Positions 21,223-33,065 of a DNA stretch of 64,000 nucleotides are shown one piece after another. A program made the translations under genes and the position numbers. The first letter of the stretch is position 1; the number at the start of each line of letters is the position of its first letter. The stretch is taken from positions 744,001 to 808,000 of the forward strand of contig OZ361260.1 of NCBI GenBank assembly GCA_977018835.1. The letters run 5' to 3'. The DNA is from Minutocellus sp. GHC0000111. Taxonomy: Eukaryota. The notes beneath the pieces are model-generated. The model was given only the letters and a program-made list of their open reading frames with translations. It was not told where the DNA came from and searched no databases.

Positions 21223-23325
21223 TCAATTATAATTCAGAAGGCTCTTCAAATACCTCCACCGACCCGTTCCTTGGAAGCTCGCTGTCCTCACTGCCAACGC
21301 GCTGGGTGATCCTATCGCCACTTTCTTTCCGTCCGGGGACAAGGAAACAGACCACCCCAACGCATCGGTCAAGAATGCACCATCGATATCAATAGCGACT
21401 TGCGACCAAGTTTGCGAGGCTTCGTCGTACTGAAACACCCTCACTTGGCCTCTTCCAATTCTACTACTCCTTGCGCCAACCGCTAGTCTCGTGCCATCTG
21501 CCGATAAGGACACGGCTCCACCAAACTCATTTCCTTTCGCTTTGCCAACAACCTCGGCACCAACGTTCTGCCATTTCTCTTCGGCCTCATTGTGTGAGTA
21601 AACCCGGACCTTATCTTGAGACGGAGATCCCACAGCAAGCTTTGAACCATCAGCAGCCAGGGAAACTGACCAACCAGAACCATCACCGTCTTTGCCAGGT
21701 ATACTATCTCCCAACTTGATCCAGCCCCCGCCACTTTCTTGGTAGTCATAGATGCGCGTTGTGCCTCGTTGACTACCGCCGGCATTGTCAAAAGGAGCAC
21801 CGATGGCAAGCCTGGTACCATCACTGCTCATCGACAAAGAGCCGGCAGAAAATGCCATGTCAACACCTCCATCGATAATACCAATTTCCTCCCAGGTGTC
21901 TGAAGTGGGAGTGTATTTATATGTGTGACATGCGCCTTGCATTGTCCCGTTACCATTGGCAAGGGGAGACCCAACAGCAACAATTGACCCATCTGCTGAC
22001 ATGGCAACGGCCGAACCAAATACATCTGGACCCGACCCTGGCGTTCTAGCTATTCTGTTGCCGATTTGAACCCATTTATCAATGCCAGCGTCGTACTCGT
22101 AGACGATGGCAAAACCAGTCTGGTTCGAGACTTGCCTATTCGCTCCCACGATTATTTGTGTCCCGTCTGACGACATGGCAATGGAAGTACCAAATGAGTC
22201 ACCCTCTGCTTCACCGCCGTCGATATCTTCACCCAGCTGTATCCAATTCGCACCAGTGTACGAATGAACCCGGACATGACCACTATTGGGAAGACCGGAT
22301 GAGCCAGAATTCTTGGCGGCAGCGATGGCAAGAACTTTACCGTTGGCTGAGAATGCAATGACAGCACCACTCTGATCGCCCGCGCTCTCTCCAACTATGG
22401 GATCGCCGACCCGATCCCAAGCGATTGGTTCGCAATCTCCACCGTCAAGATTGCAACCCTCCAACACAAATATTCCACCGTCGCATACACCATCGCCCAG
22501 TCTACTAGCATCGGAAGCGGACACTGCGCAGCCCTGCTCGACGAGTGCATTATATTGATCACAGTCGCCTTCGTCAAAGTTGCATACTTCATTATTGTAC
22601 GCAGCTCCGGCATCACAGATCCCATTGCCTAGTTTGGCCTTGTCAGGGGCTTGGCATTTACTCTTGGCTACACTTGTACCAATGAGCGCTGCACCGACGA
22701 TGATGGCAATCGCAATAAGCGCCAGGCAGAATCCTCGCCGGAATTTTCGGCTTTTGGTCATTGACACCATTCGATTTATCTTCAAAGCCGCTTCGTCTAC
22801 CTCTTCAGCGTCGCATACAAGAACATCATCCTGCCGTGAATGCCGCTGCTGCTCTTCGTCGTCGTTATCGCCAACTAGAGTTGCGGTTACAAGTATTTCT
22901 TCACCTGCAGTCTCCGATACTTGCGGCGGCGTCGCATCCATGCTATCATCATCATTGGTGAGGCGCCTAAGGTTATTGTGAGGAACAACGTGGTACGCCC
23001 CCGGCCCCAGCACAAATTGCTGCTCTGACCCAGCTTGGTCATCCACGACCAATTCATCCGCGATTGCATTAACGCTTTCATTGGCATTGGCTTGAGCCTC
23101 GGCAACCTCTGGAGGAATAATTTCTGCCACGCCGGCGGCGTCTGTCGTCTCGATCGCGTTGTGAGTGGGCGTGGGTGCATATGCTGCCTGTGCTGCCGAA
23201 GCAAGGTTGACGTTATTTCGTCTCGAAGCCTCGTCTTCGGAACTTCTCGATGCGTTTAACTTCTCCACCAGCCGTGCCCCTGCCTGGCTGCCCTGAACTG
23301 CCGGACAGGCGTTTTTTAATAGCAT
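21223..23325 (-). CDS. Type II membrane protein with LNR/Notch-like Cys repeats and a 7-bladed FG-GAP-like beta-propeller
   Basis: TM FCLALIAIAIIVGAALIG; LGNGICD..YNNEVCNFDEGDC twice; seven G.SV.LS.DG..LAVGAP repeats; last blade probably frameshifted. Confidence 0.85.
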   Translation of the reverse strand: MLLKNACPAVQGSQAGARLVEKLNASRSSEDEASRRNNVNLASAAQAAYAPTPTHNAIETTDAAGVAEIIPPEVAEAQANANESVNAIADELVVDDQAGSEQQFVLGPGAYHVVPHNNLRRLTNDDDSMDATPPQVSETAGEEILVTATLVGDNDDEEQQRHSRQDDVLVCDAEEVDEAALKINRMVSMTKSRKFRRGFCLALIAIAIIVGAALIGTSVAKSKCQAPDKAKLGNGICDAGAAYNNEVCNFDEGDCDQYNALVEQGCAVSASDASRLGDGVCDGGIFVLEGCNLDGGDCEPIAWDRVGDPIVGESAGDQSGAVIAFSANGKVLAIAAAKNSGSSGLPNSGHVRVHSYTGANWIQLGEDIDGGEAEGDSFGTSIAMSSDGTQIIVGANRQVSNQTGFAIVYEYDAGIDKWVQIGNRIARTPGSGPDVFGSAVAMSADGSIVAVGSPLANGNGTMQGACHTYKYTPTSDTWEEIGIIDGGVDMAFSAGSLSMSSDGTRLAIGAPFDNAGGSQRGTTRIYDYQESGGGWIKLGDSIPGKDGDGSGWSVSLAADGSKLAVGSPSQDKVRVYSHNEAEEKWQNVGAEVVGKAKGNEFGGAVSLSADGTRLAVGARSSRIGRGQVRVFQYDEASQTWSQVAIDIDGAFLTDALGWSVSLSPDGKKVAIGSPSALAVRTASFQGTGRWRYLKSLLNYN

Positions 23326-23499
23326 TCGGGGGCAGAAAGGATTTTTCCAAAGATTTAGCAGTCACCCAAAACTGTCGAATGCGAAGAGCGAGGAGAGCGA
23401 TCGCGAGCCGCGAGCGGATACGATGGTCAGCGTCAGCCTTCGTTGGCAAGAACTAGGCCTACGTAGCGATCTACCTGCGACAAAGAACTAGAAGACAGT

Positions 23500-24606
23500 A
23501 TGGAGGGGCTCGCAGCAAAGAGTGGCCGAGCAATGCTGCTGCAGCAGCAGCAGCAGCAGGGGGAGGAGGTCCAAACCACAACGATGACCAACAGTAAGAG
23601 ATTTGCCGAGCTGGAGGACGATTCGAGGATCCTCAAGCGGGCCAAGACCTCCATCAGCACCGCCGCCAGGGAGCTGGTCTGCCCCATCAGCTTTGATCTG
23701 CCCATCGATCCGGTGACGGCGATGGACGGCAGGGTCTACGAGCGGGCGGAGATCGAGCGGCACGTTCGGGTGCACGTCGGCGCACTCCGGTCGCCGGCAA
23801 CGAACGAGGAGATGGACGGGGCCATCCTCCTTCCCGCCCCGCACATTCGCAACATCATCCAGCAGCTTATCGATAGTGGTGTCATGGACGATGACCTTGC
23901 CGATACGTGGATGGAACGGATGGCCATGAAGAAGAAGGTCGATGGCGCGCGGGCCAGGGCCGAGAAGGGCGATACGATGGCCATGTGCAATCTCGGCATT
24001 TGGTATGCCGAGGGTGCCAATGAGCTGCGCCGGAATGAAACGTTGGCGCTGACCTGGTTCGAGTGTGCGGCTGCGAGAGGAAGTGAGGTGGGGATTGAAT
24101 GCAAAAAGAAGTTGGAGGACAAGCAGCTGGTCAAAGCCACCATGAGGGAAGCCGAGGGGGGCGATACGGAGGCAATGGTCACCCTGGGGGGATGGCTGGC
24201 CTACGGCAAGAAGGGTTTGCGAAAGAACAAGGAGGAGGCCTTCAGGTGGTTCAAAATGGCGGCTGACTGCCGAGATGTGAGGGGTATGGCTTACACGGGG
24301 AGGCGCCTTATCGCAGGAGACGGGGTGAAGAGAAATGTGTCCAGTGGCATTGTGCTTCTCACCACGGCTGCAAATCTTGGCTCCGACTGGGCTTGTTACA
24401 AACTAGGCAAATTCTATTTCATGGGCACGGCCGGATTCGTCAAGGATGACAAAGAGGCTGAATATTGGCTGGAAAAGGCGGTGTCTGGCAGCTGTTCGGT
24501 TCAGCATTTGAGCGATGCTGGTAAGAAAGAGTGCTTGCAGTGGTTGGAAAGTATCGATGGCTATTCGTCCGATGCGCCTCCGGACGTCGTTGAAGTTTTG
24601 TGGTGA
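23500..24606 (+). CDS. U-box + Sel1-repeat protein
   Basis: ELVCPISFDLPIDPVTAMDGRVYERAEIE...SPATNEEM (U-box); A..GD..AM..LG.WY..G...L Sel1 repeats. Confidence 0.9.
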   Translation: MEGLAAKSGRAMLLQQQQQQGEEVQTTTMTNSKRFAELEDDSRILKRAKTSISTAARELVCPISFDLPIDPVTAMDGRVYERAEIERHVRVHVGALRSPATNEEMDGAILLPAPHIRNIIQQLIDSGVMDDDLADTWMERMAMKKKVDGARARAEKGDTMAMCNLGIWYAEGANELRRNETLALTWFECAAARGSEVGIECKKKLEDKQLVKATMREAEGGDTEAMVTLGGWLAYGKKGLRKNKEEAFRWFKMAADCRDVRGMAYTGRRLIAGDGVKRNVSSGIVLLTTAANLGSDWACYKLGKFYFMGTAGFVKDDKEAEYWLEKAVSGSCSVQHLSDAGKKECLQWLESIDGYSSDAPPDVVEVLW

Positions 24607-25032
24607 GTCGAATCGAACGGCTACGGCGAATCCGCGTTGCATTGCACGATGTATGTGAAAGCGAGTTAACCATTCCGTCAGATCTTGCAAACTTTCGATT
24701 TGCTCTTTCTTGGCATTGGCACTACAAAATTTAGTCTTCTTGCACGAAGCTACGTAGGAATTCTTACGTCACGTAGTTAGCGATACCTAGCTAACTTCGA
24801 GTATGCCACGTTGGTATGCAGGTAGCTCAGCCCATTGCACCATTTTCAAGGCGATGTAACACAACAATATACTAGTTCGCTCCCTTGTATATTTTGCTAC
24901 TTTTTAAAAAAGTACTATTGTTGAGCAAGGAGGGTACGTGCGCTCTATACGAACGCTTAAATATCTCGCCCCCTAAGCACCACCACCACCACCACCAGCA
25001 CCTGACATTAGCTTCTGCGTATCAACTTAACT

Positions 25033-28000
25033 TCATCTGATGTGCTCTTGCTGAGCGAGGGCCGCCATGTAGGCAGCCTGGAGCTCGTCGGTCCACTGGA
25101 AGTTGGGATCCGGCTCTTCGCCCTGCTTGCAGAATCGTCCCCTGCGGTAGCACCATACTCGATTATCGTTAAAGGCGCGACCACCGGTAGGATCACTGGG
25201 CACGGCAAATCGTCGGCCGGTGCGCTCGTCGGCGAGCAGAAAGGTACGGACAGCTGACTGGCCGTCCAGCGAGCTGGCAGCGGAGGAATCATCCATCTCG
25301 GTGATCTCCAAACCCTGCTGGCTGGGCTCGACTACCGTTGCGTTCTGTCCGGTAGCACTGGGCCAGCACTCGACGCTCATGTGTGGAATGCCACCACATA
25401 CGCTACTGGCAATGGACGCCGCGATACTTCCGACCGCCGATCCATTGTCATCCTCGACATCTTCGATGGAAATGTGCTTCATGCCAGCATCAACGGCGGC
25501 CTTGTTGCCAACAATTCGACTTCTTGCGTCTGAGGCTAGATGGCGCGTCTCAGCCTTGATCTCGGCGTTGGAGCAGGTCTCAAATGACTGAAAGGCTTTC
25601 ACCAATCGCTGTTCCATTCCTGCTTGGACAAATTCCTGGGGTAGAGACGAGCTACCGGCAATGGGAATGAGATGGGCAGTTAGACTTTGCAATGCTCGGA
25701 CGGCCAGAGTAGCGCTGAGAATGTCGTCCCTTCCGCCACCGACGATGGCACCGGGAGTGCCGCCATCGACGCAAAAGTCCGAAAGAACCTGAAGAAGGCT
25801 TTCAAAGACGGGCTTGGTCGCAATGCGCTCCTTCATAAAGTCAGGTCCGGAAGCGAGAGCCGATATGCAGCCAACGGACGAACGAAGGGTGAAGACACCA
25901 TACTTGTATCCATTGCCACCCTTTCCCGAAAGGGTATTGTGAAGAAGCTGAGTGATCTTTGGAATGACATTCTCGGTCTTGCGAAGGAGATCGTACGTCT
26001 CATCGCCCTCATCGTAACGGCAGACAAAAGTGATGGCCATGGCAGCCTTGAGGCTTTGGTAGTGATCGAGAGTGAGTAGCGGAGCCAGCAACTCGACGAC
26101 ACCGGCCTCTCTTAGACCAGGAACTGCCTCGTCAGACTGAGCAATGTTCATGAGGAAACCAACGCACCAAGATGCCGTCTGTCCTTTCCACTGAGTGGGA
26201 TCGGGGCCAGCCTCGTGCAGAATATCCATCAAGGGAGCCAAGGCTCCGGACTCCAGGAGAGGAATGGCGTTGGCAAGCGACTCGGCCAGGAGGGTAAGAG
26301 CAGCGACGCACTTGAAGCGAGCCTCCGTCGTATCATCCTCATCGGCGACCTCCACCAGAGTGGGCAAAATATCGCCTCGTTGCACAACCTAAGCACAGAG
26401 AAAAATTTGGGTAATACACGCGTGAGTAAGAAAGAAGCTAAAGAATATATAGAAAAAGAAATGTTAATGCTCGACATCATTGGCGGCACTGCACTTACCG
26501 GAACCTGGTTCTTCATCTCGGCGGCGAAGCTCCAAAGGATCGAACAGGCCTTCGTCCTGGCCTCATCGGCATCGGTCTCGATGACACCGAGGATGCACTC
26601 CACAAAGCCGGGGTAGTTGAACATGGGAATCTTGTTGTCATACCCGATGGCCAGGTTGGACAAGGCCGAGCAGGCCTTGACGCGCGCCTCGGCGTTGGGT
26701 TTGGTCGGCTCGCTGCCGTCCTCGGGCGGCACTGTGCGGTTGACGACCGCCATGAGCGCATCCATGACACCAGGGGTGCGGAAGACACGGTGCTTGTTGG
26801 CCTTGGAGATCGACAGGTTCATCAGAGCGAGGCAGGCGTTCGTGGTGCACATGGTGGCACCATTGGTCTCGGAGCAGGAGGCCTCGGCGACGATGCCAAG
26901 GGCCTCGACGAGGCCGGGAGTATCGAGGAGGGCGGCATCGTTGGCGTCGGCATTGCTGAGGTTCTTGATGCACGTGGTGGCCTTGAGGCGGGCCTCCTTG
27001 GGAACGTTGGCGGCTCGGCCGCGCTCCGCCGACGGAGGGGGGAAGTTCTTGGCCATCATGACATCGCGCATGGCCTCGAGGACGTCGGGCACCGAGGCAA
27101 TCTCGACCTTGTTGGACTTGCCACAACTGAGATTCATGATGGCGATGCAGGCATGCAGCCGCGCCTTGGGACTGGCCATACCAACGGCCCGGACCTCGGG
27201 GGCGACCTTCTGGCCGGCCATGGCGGCATTCTCGTCGACGCTGGTGACGGAAACGAAGGGACCGCCACGAGCCACGCACGCCAGGGTCTGGAGGAGGCCG
27301 GGACAGCCCATGAGATGGACGTCGCTCTCCTCCGTGGCCGTGAGGCTGCGAATGGTCTCGACGGCATACTCCCGGGCCAGCCACGAGGGGCCGGTCTCTC
27401 CCAGCTGCTCCTCCACGTCCTGGATGGACCCGTCCGGTCCCACCTGACCCCTCACGATCTGGGGCGATTCCACCATGGTCCGGGCCACAAAGTCGAGGAT
27501 GAGACGGTTGCCGGCCACCGCCTTGCGCCGGTCGGCCTGCTTGGCGTAGTCGGCGAGGAGCCTCGTTCCGGTCACCTTGAGCTTGGGGGTGGTCAACGCC
27601 GCAAGGACGTGGGGGATCAGCCCCTGCTCGGCGTAGTACTTGAGGTTGGCCACCGTGGTGCTTTCGGGCAACGGGCCGAAGACGCCGCCGATGGGACTTG
27701 CCACCGGAGGAGGGGGCGGCGGCATTGGAACCTGCTGTTGATGCGGATACTGGACGGCGCCGTACTGGCCAAAGGGATGCGGATGGTGCATCTGGTGCAC
27801 CATTGCCGCCGCCGCTGCCTGCTGCTGGGTCAGAGGTGTTACCATTAAATTGGAATACGGTGATGGTTGAGGTTGAGGTTGGGCCTGGGGTTGCACGGTT
27901 TGGACATGGGCTTGCGCTTGCGATTGTGGTTGCGGCTGGACCTGCTGCTGCTGCTGCTGCTGACCCTGACGAGATCGCCGGGACAGACGAGCGGTAGGGC

Positions 28001-30145
28001 CTTGCGGCGTGACCACGGCCTGGGCAGACGACGGTGGCGTACTAGTAGCGGGCAAGGCCGCAGCCGCTGCCGTGGAATTGCCCTGGACCGCCCATTGCTG
28101 CGGCTGGTGAGGCTGCTCCTCCTCCTCGGCGTCGTGGTCGTGGTCGATGGCCATGCTGGTATCCTCCTCCGTGGAATCCGACACGGTCGTCGTATCGAGT
28201 CCAGGGACGGAGAGGTCACCGCTCATACCAGTCGAGCTCTTGCCATTGCCATTGCTGTGGCCTTGATCATTATCAACATCGCCATCATCCTCCTCATCGT
28301 CGTCGTCGTCGAGCGAGGCACTTTGATCGTGCAGAATATCCATCAAGGGAGCCAAGGCTCCGGACTCCAGGAGAGGAATGGCGTTGGCAAGCGACTCGGC
28401 CAGGAGGGTAAGAGCAGCGACGCACTTGAAGCGAGCCTCCGTCGTATCATCCTCATCGGCGACCTCCACCAGAGTGGGCAAAATATCGCCTCGTTGCACA
28501 ACCTAAGCACAGAGAAAAATTTGGGTAATACACGCGTGAGTAAGAAAGAAGCTAAAGAATATATAGAAAAAGAAATGTTAATGCTCGACATCATTGGCGG
28601 CACTGCACTTACCGGAACCTGGTTCTTCATCTCGGCGGCGAAGCTCCAAAGGATCGAACAGGCCTTCGTCCTGGCCTCATCGGCATCGGTCTCGATGACA
28701 CCGAGGATGCACTCCACAAAGCCGGGGTAGTTGAACATGGGAATCTTGTTGTCATACCCGATGGCCAGGTTGGACAAGGCCGAGCAGGCCTTGACGCGCG
28801 CCTCGGCGTTGGGTTTGGTCGGCTCGCTGCCGTCCTCGGGCGGCACAGTGCCGCTGCCACCAGTCACCGACGTGAGAGAGACGGCCCGCGGCGGCGTCGA
28901 GGTGGCATTGCCGTTAAGGTTGGAAGCCACCATCGACGGCGACGAGGGGAATGCGAATGATGGATTGCTATGGCTGCTGCTGTTGCTGTTCGACGTCGAA
29001 CCGTTGCCGTTTGCGTTGGCTGCGTGGTGTGTTGGCATGTTGTTGTTATTGCCAGACGGAGGAGTCGGAAGTGCACCGCGCTGCTGCTGCTGCTGAGACT
29101 GCGGAGATGCTGCCCCATTCATCGCCGCCGCTGTTGTCGTCGGCTGTCCACTATGGACCGAACCGTCGGCGCCATGTGCACCGTGCCGCCGAGGCTGCGC
29201 CATCATGGCGACCCGTGAGTGGCCGGCCCCGGGAGTGGGGTGATCTGCCCCGATATTCGCCGCGCCGCCAAAATTTGGGGAAGAAGGGGGAATTCCCCCG
29301 AATCCCGGCCGGCCCGCGAAGAACGCCTGGGGCTGAGTTGCGACCGGGACGGCCGAGCTGGATGGCCCCCCTACACCTATGGTGGAAAAGTGGGGGGAAA
29401 CCTGCGCCGCCGCGAAGGAAGCGCCGCCGCTGATGGAGCCTGCTCGTGCCGGAGTGGCCATGGCAGCCGCCGCCATGGCGGTCCACGGAGCAGCGCCGCC
29501 GCCGCCGACGGCCGCCGTGTCGACCGAGAGAGGATCGGCACTCACGTTGCGAACTGCCGCCCGCGGACGACCAGCGTGATGTCCTACCGCACCTCCATTT
29601 GAGGGGACTGCCGGAATGGAAATGGAACCTGCCGCGGCGGGCCCGCCAAGTCCAAAGGAAAGTGCCGGATGTCCCTGCAGAGGCGACGGATACGCCGCAT
29701 ACGCCGCCTGCTGCGGCAGCTGCTGGACAAACAATGGGTCCGTCATCATCATCGAACCGCCGACGGGTGCCGTCGCGGCGGCGCCGTGGGACAAAAACGC
29801 CTCGTTGCCCAACGGATCCGACGGCTCCTCGTCGTCGACTGTCTGCTGATCGTGCAAAGGCTGCGCCGGAGGCTGCTGACCGGCGGCCGCGGCCTCCTCC
29901 TGCAACTCGGGGGCCGTCACGGCACCAGTGGCATTGTTGTTCGCATCCCCCGCAGCATCGTCCTCGTCGGCCATGGCCGTGGGGTCCGTCGTCTGCGTCT
30001 GGGCGATCCCCGTCGCCGCCGCAGCTGCTGCCGCGCCGCCTCCGCCGCCGCCGAGGTCGTGCTGCATCATCGGAAGCGGACCGCCCTCATAGTCGAGGGT
30101 GAGGTACTGGTCCGGGAACGGGTTGGTCGCCTCCCTGGGGGGCAT
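25033..30145 (-). CDS. Armadillo-repeat protein with long disordered N-terminus and an internally duplicated ARM segment
   Basis: Exons 30145-28613, 28502-26499 and 26388-25033; both introns are 110 bp, GTAAGT...TAG, phase 0. ARM-like repeats (ARLHACIAIMNLS, ARVKACSALSNLA, ARTKACSILWSFA). Confidence 0.82.
26213..26732. repeat. Source copy of 520-bp intragenic duplication
   Basis: Identical by eye to 28327-28846 (offset 2114), including the intron. Confidence 0.93.
28327..28846. repeat. Inserted copy of 26213-26732
   Basis: Direct repeat sitting inside the low-complexity N-terminal coding region. Confidence 0.93.
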
Positions 30146-30895
30146 GGTTGCGGGGTGGGGGTCCAGTCTGGTCTGGTCTGGGCTCTGTGATTTGTGAGCT
30201 TGCTTGTGTCACAAGAAGCGTTGAGAAAATCAAAGAGAGACGGCGCTTCGTGCCAAAAAAATGGCGCCAGCGCGCAACTCGAAAAAACTTGTTCTGAAAC
30301 AATTTCGAAAGTCCAATAATTTCCATATTTAAAGGTTCTCTTATAATACAAATATGTAATTTTTGTAAATACCTTTTTGTTGGCATGAAGGCTTGTGGAA
30401 AACATACCTAAAATCCCTAGTATTTCGGTGGCGCTGCCGGGACATGAAGACACGGCGTGCCCGGCTCGATTTTGTTCAAAAAAAGAATTTGAACGAAAAT
30501 TTGACTTTGCCGCCCGAGGAACAATGATACCGGTACGCCGAATCATTTGGCATACCAATATATTCCCCATGCAGCATGTCATGTGTTACATGTAGTCAAC
30601 AAGCAAAACATTCAAACTCAAACGGTCGCCCTGCCTGCCACAACAATGACGATGAGTCCTGCGCACGATCCAACAGACAGGAAGTGACGACAGCATTGGC
30701 CGAAAAATGCAGAACAAAGCCCGAGCCTCAAAATTTCAAAGCCCCGTATAAGATTACACAGCTTATGGCAATTGATGCGCTTTAACGTACGTAAACAATG
30801 GAAATAAACTCAAGCCAATCTACATCGAACACATTTGTTTTTTATCTCGTCGCTCCGTTGAATAATTTTTATTTTCACCAAATCTTCTGCCATTG

Positions 30896-31657
30896 TCATT
30901 TCAATCTCTTGATCACCCTCGCTGGTACGCCGGCAACGACCACGTCATCCTCCACATCTTTGGTAACGACGGATCCCGCCGCGACTACAACTCGACTTCC
31001 GATGGCAACGCCGGGCAGCACAACTGCACACCCTCCGATCCAAACATCGTCCCCTATGGATATTGGCAGGGCATATTCCGTACTTCTCCGCTCGATGGCA
31101 TCCAATGGGTGAGTTGCCGTGTAAATTTGCACACCCGGCGCCAGGAATACATTATTCCCGATGGTAATCTTGGCGCAGTCCAGCATTGTGCAATTGAAAT
31201 TGGCATAAAAGTTCCGACCGACCGATATGTTGGTCCCATAATCGACGTAGAATGGTGGTTCAATAGTTATGTCTGGATACGATGATGCTGCTGCTGAGCT
31301 GCTGCTGGCGTGATGTTCACCGCCATTCTCATTGGGTGTGGTCAGCAGAGTTTCGAGTATACACTTTTTCTCGCCTGGTGTTCGATCGGATTTGTTGTAT
31401 TCCTTTACGAGGTCATGGGCGGCCTCTCTCATGTTCAATAGAAGCGGCTCGTTGCAATCATAGGGTTTCCCGTCGATCATCATGGGCAGCTGCGTGGAGG
31501 ATGCCTGGGCCGATGCCACTGCTCGTCGAAATCGACGGCACTTGCGGCGCCACATCAGCCGGCTGTTGATATATTTGAGGACAATGGTAGTGATGACGGA
31601 GGCTCCGGCCGCCGATGCGATAATGGGCAAGATATGGATTGACTTGTTTGATGTCAT
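30896..31657 (-). CDS. maa: Maltose/galactoside O-acetyltransferase (hexapeptide LbH) with N-terminal TM
   Basis: [61 protein letters not shown]. Confidence 0.92.
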   Translation of the reverse strand: MTSNKSIHILPIIASAAGASVITTIVLKYINSRLMWRRKCRRFRRAVASAQASSTQLPMMIDGKPYDCNEPLLLNMREAAHDLVKEYNKSDRTPGEKKCILETLLTTPNENGGEHHASSSSAAASSYPDITIEPPFYVDYGTNISVGRNFYANFNCTMLDCAKITIGNNVFLAPGVQIYTATHPLDAIERRSTEYALPISIGDDVWIGGCAVVLPGVAIGSRVVVAAGSVVTKDVEDDVVVAGVPARVIKRLK

Positions 31658-32338
31658 GGTGCTTCGATCTACATCGTGCTATTTGCTGTTTCTAATTTGC
31701 AATCTGATGTTTTCACATGACAGATCAAGTTCCACCACGTGTGACAAGCTAGGCTAGCTAGCAAGTGTTTGCCACGTACCTACTAGGTAGCTGCAAACCA
31801 ACCAATACGAGTGAATCGAATATCGATGGCGCTGAATCTTGACCTTTGATGGAAAAAGGACGGGACCAAAACTCTCAAAAACCAATTTACATCAGATTTC
31901 ATCGAGAGCGCACAAGCCGATACATAAGCCCCAAGACACCACCATAAATGTAGAGGAGCTGAAACGCTGAAGGGGACGTCCGTACGATTAGAAGTATCAG
32001 CGCTCATAAGTTCGCAGAAATGGTGCTGGGCCTTTGGATTGTGCTGGCTGTTCTGTCGGACAAAAAGCGAACTTGGATCTAATCATCGTTCTGCTGGAAC
32101 ACGAACACACACAGAAACAAGTCGACGCTATCCCACTTTCATCTCACAAATAAATTGAAACAACTGCACAACAGCAAGTCCACAAAATAAACAGCTCAGT
32201 CAATCGCTACCAACAAATTAATCTAAGCATCGAATCGAATCACTTCAGTTGTTATCGGTAACCCTTCAAAGTACCACCACGCGCAGCATAACATCAATCT
32301 AATCTCAATTCATTTTTTGTAGGCCAAAACTGCCCATC

Positions 32339-32875
32339 ATGACCGCCCCATCCGAGAGAGTCAACATGGCCGACGATGCCAACAAATCGTCCAGGTCCTC
32401 AAGATCATCCACGTCTGTTACGTCCACGACGTCTGCCGACATATTGGAGGAAGCCTTCTCAACCGACAGCATGAAGAAATTCAATGGACACGGCAGCAGC
32501 GCGACCATCGGTGCCCGTCGTGGAAGGAAGAAATCTTCCGAGAACCGGGAGGAGGGCGATGATGACGAGGACCTCAACAGCGACGAAATCATGGATGAGA
32601 TCTACGCTACAGATTCCATGAAGCGTTTCAAGAAGAAGACCTCAACGGAAACTCCCGACTCTACTTCGTCCGGATCGACCGAAGAGTCGACCGGCCGCCA
32701 CAGACGCACCGGCAGAAGACGCCACGAGGGTGACCTCACCTCGATCAGAGAGGACAAATCGGCCCACAATCTCGTCGAGGGTCTTCGCTCATTCCGCTTA
32801 GAAAAAGAACGCCTCAATCGTGGCAGCAGTGGCGGCAATAAACAGCAAAAGGTCTTCACGCCCAAGATGGCCTAA
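32339..32875 (+). CDS. Hypothetical hydrophilic protein with a twice-repeated motif
   Basis: ILEEAFSTDSMKKF / IMDEIYATDSMKRF; coding-like composition and AT-rich 3' flank. Confidence 0.65.
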   Translation: MTAPSERVNMADDANKSSRSSRSSTSVTSTTSADILEEAFSTDSMKKFNGHGSSATIGARRGRKKSSENREEGDDDEDLNSDEIMDEIYATDSMKRFKKKTSTETPDSTSSGSTEESTGRHRRTGRRRHEGDLTSIREDKSAHNLVEGLRSFRLEKERLNRGSSGGNKQQKVFTPKMA

Positions 32876-33065
32876 AAAAAAGATATGTACCATTTGTAAA
32901 AATCCAGAAACGTAAATAGATTAATGAAACCGAATTGAATTGTAAGAATAGTTTTGATATCATAATTTTCAATTTTATTTGAGTCTGGCCTAGGTCTAGC
33001 TACGTGGCTACCAGTGCTACTACGTAGTATCTCAAGATGGTCTACTGCGTAGCTACGTAATACTT

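Noticed and set aside
30250..30520. E2F-like sites (TTTGCCGC, TGGCGCCA) upstream of the ARM gene
   Set aside because: Short motifs expected by chance; no support without conservation data.
30067..30582. 171-aa and 99-aa minus-strand ORFs (also at 58567-59082)
   Set aside because: They overlap the AT-rich promoter and the true ARM start in other frames; no coding signal.
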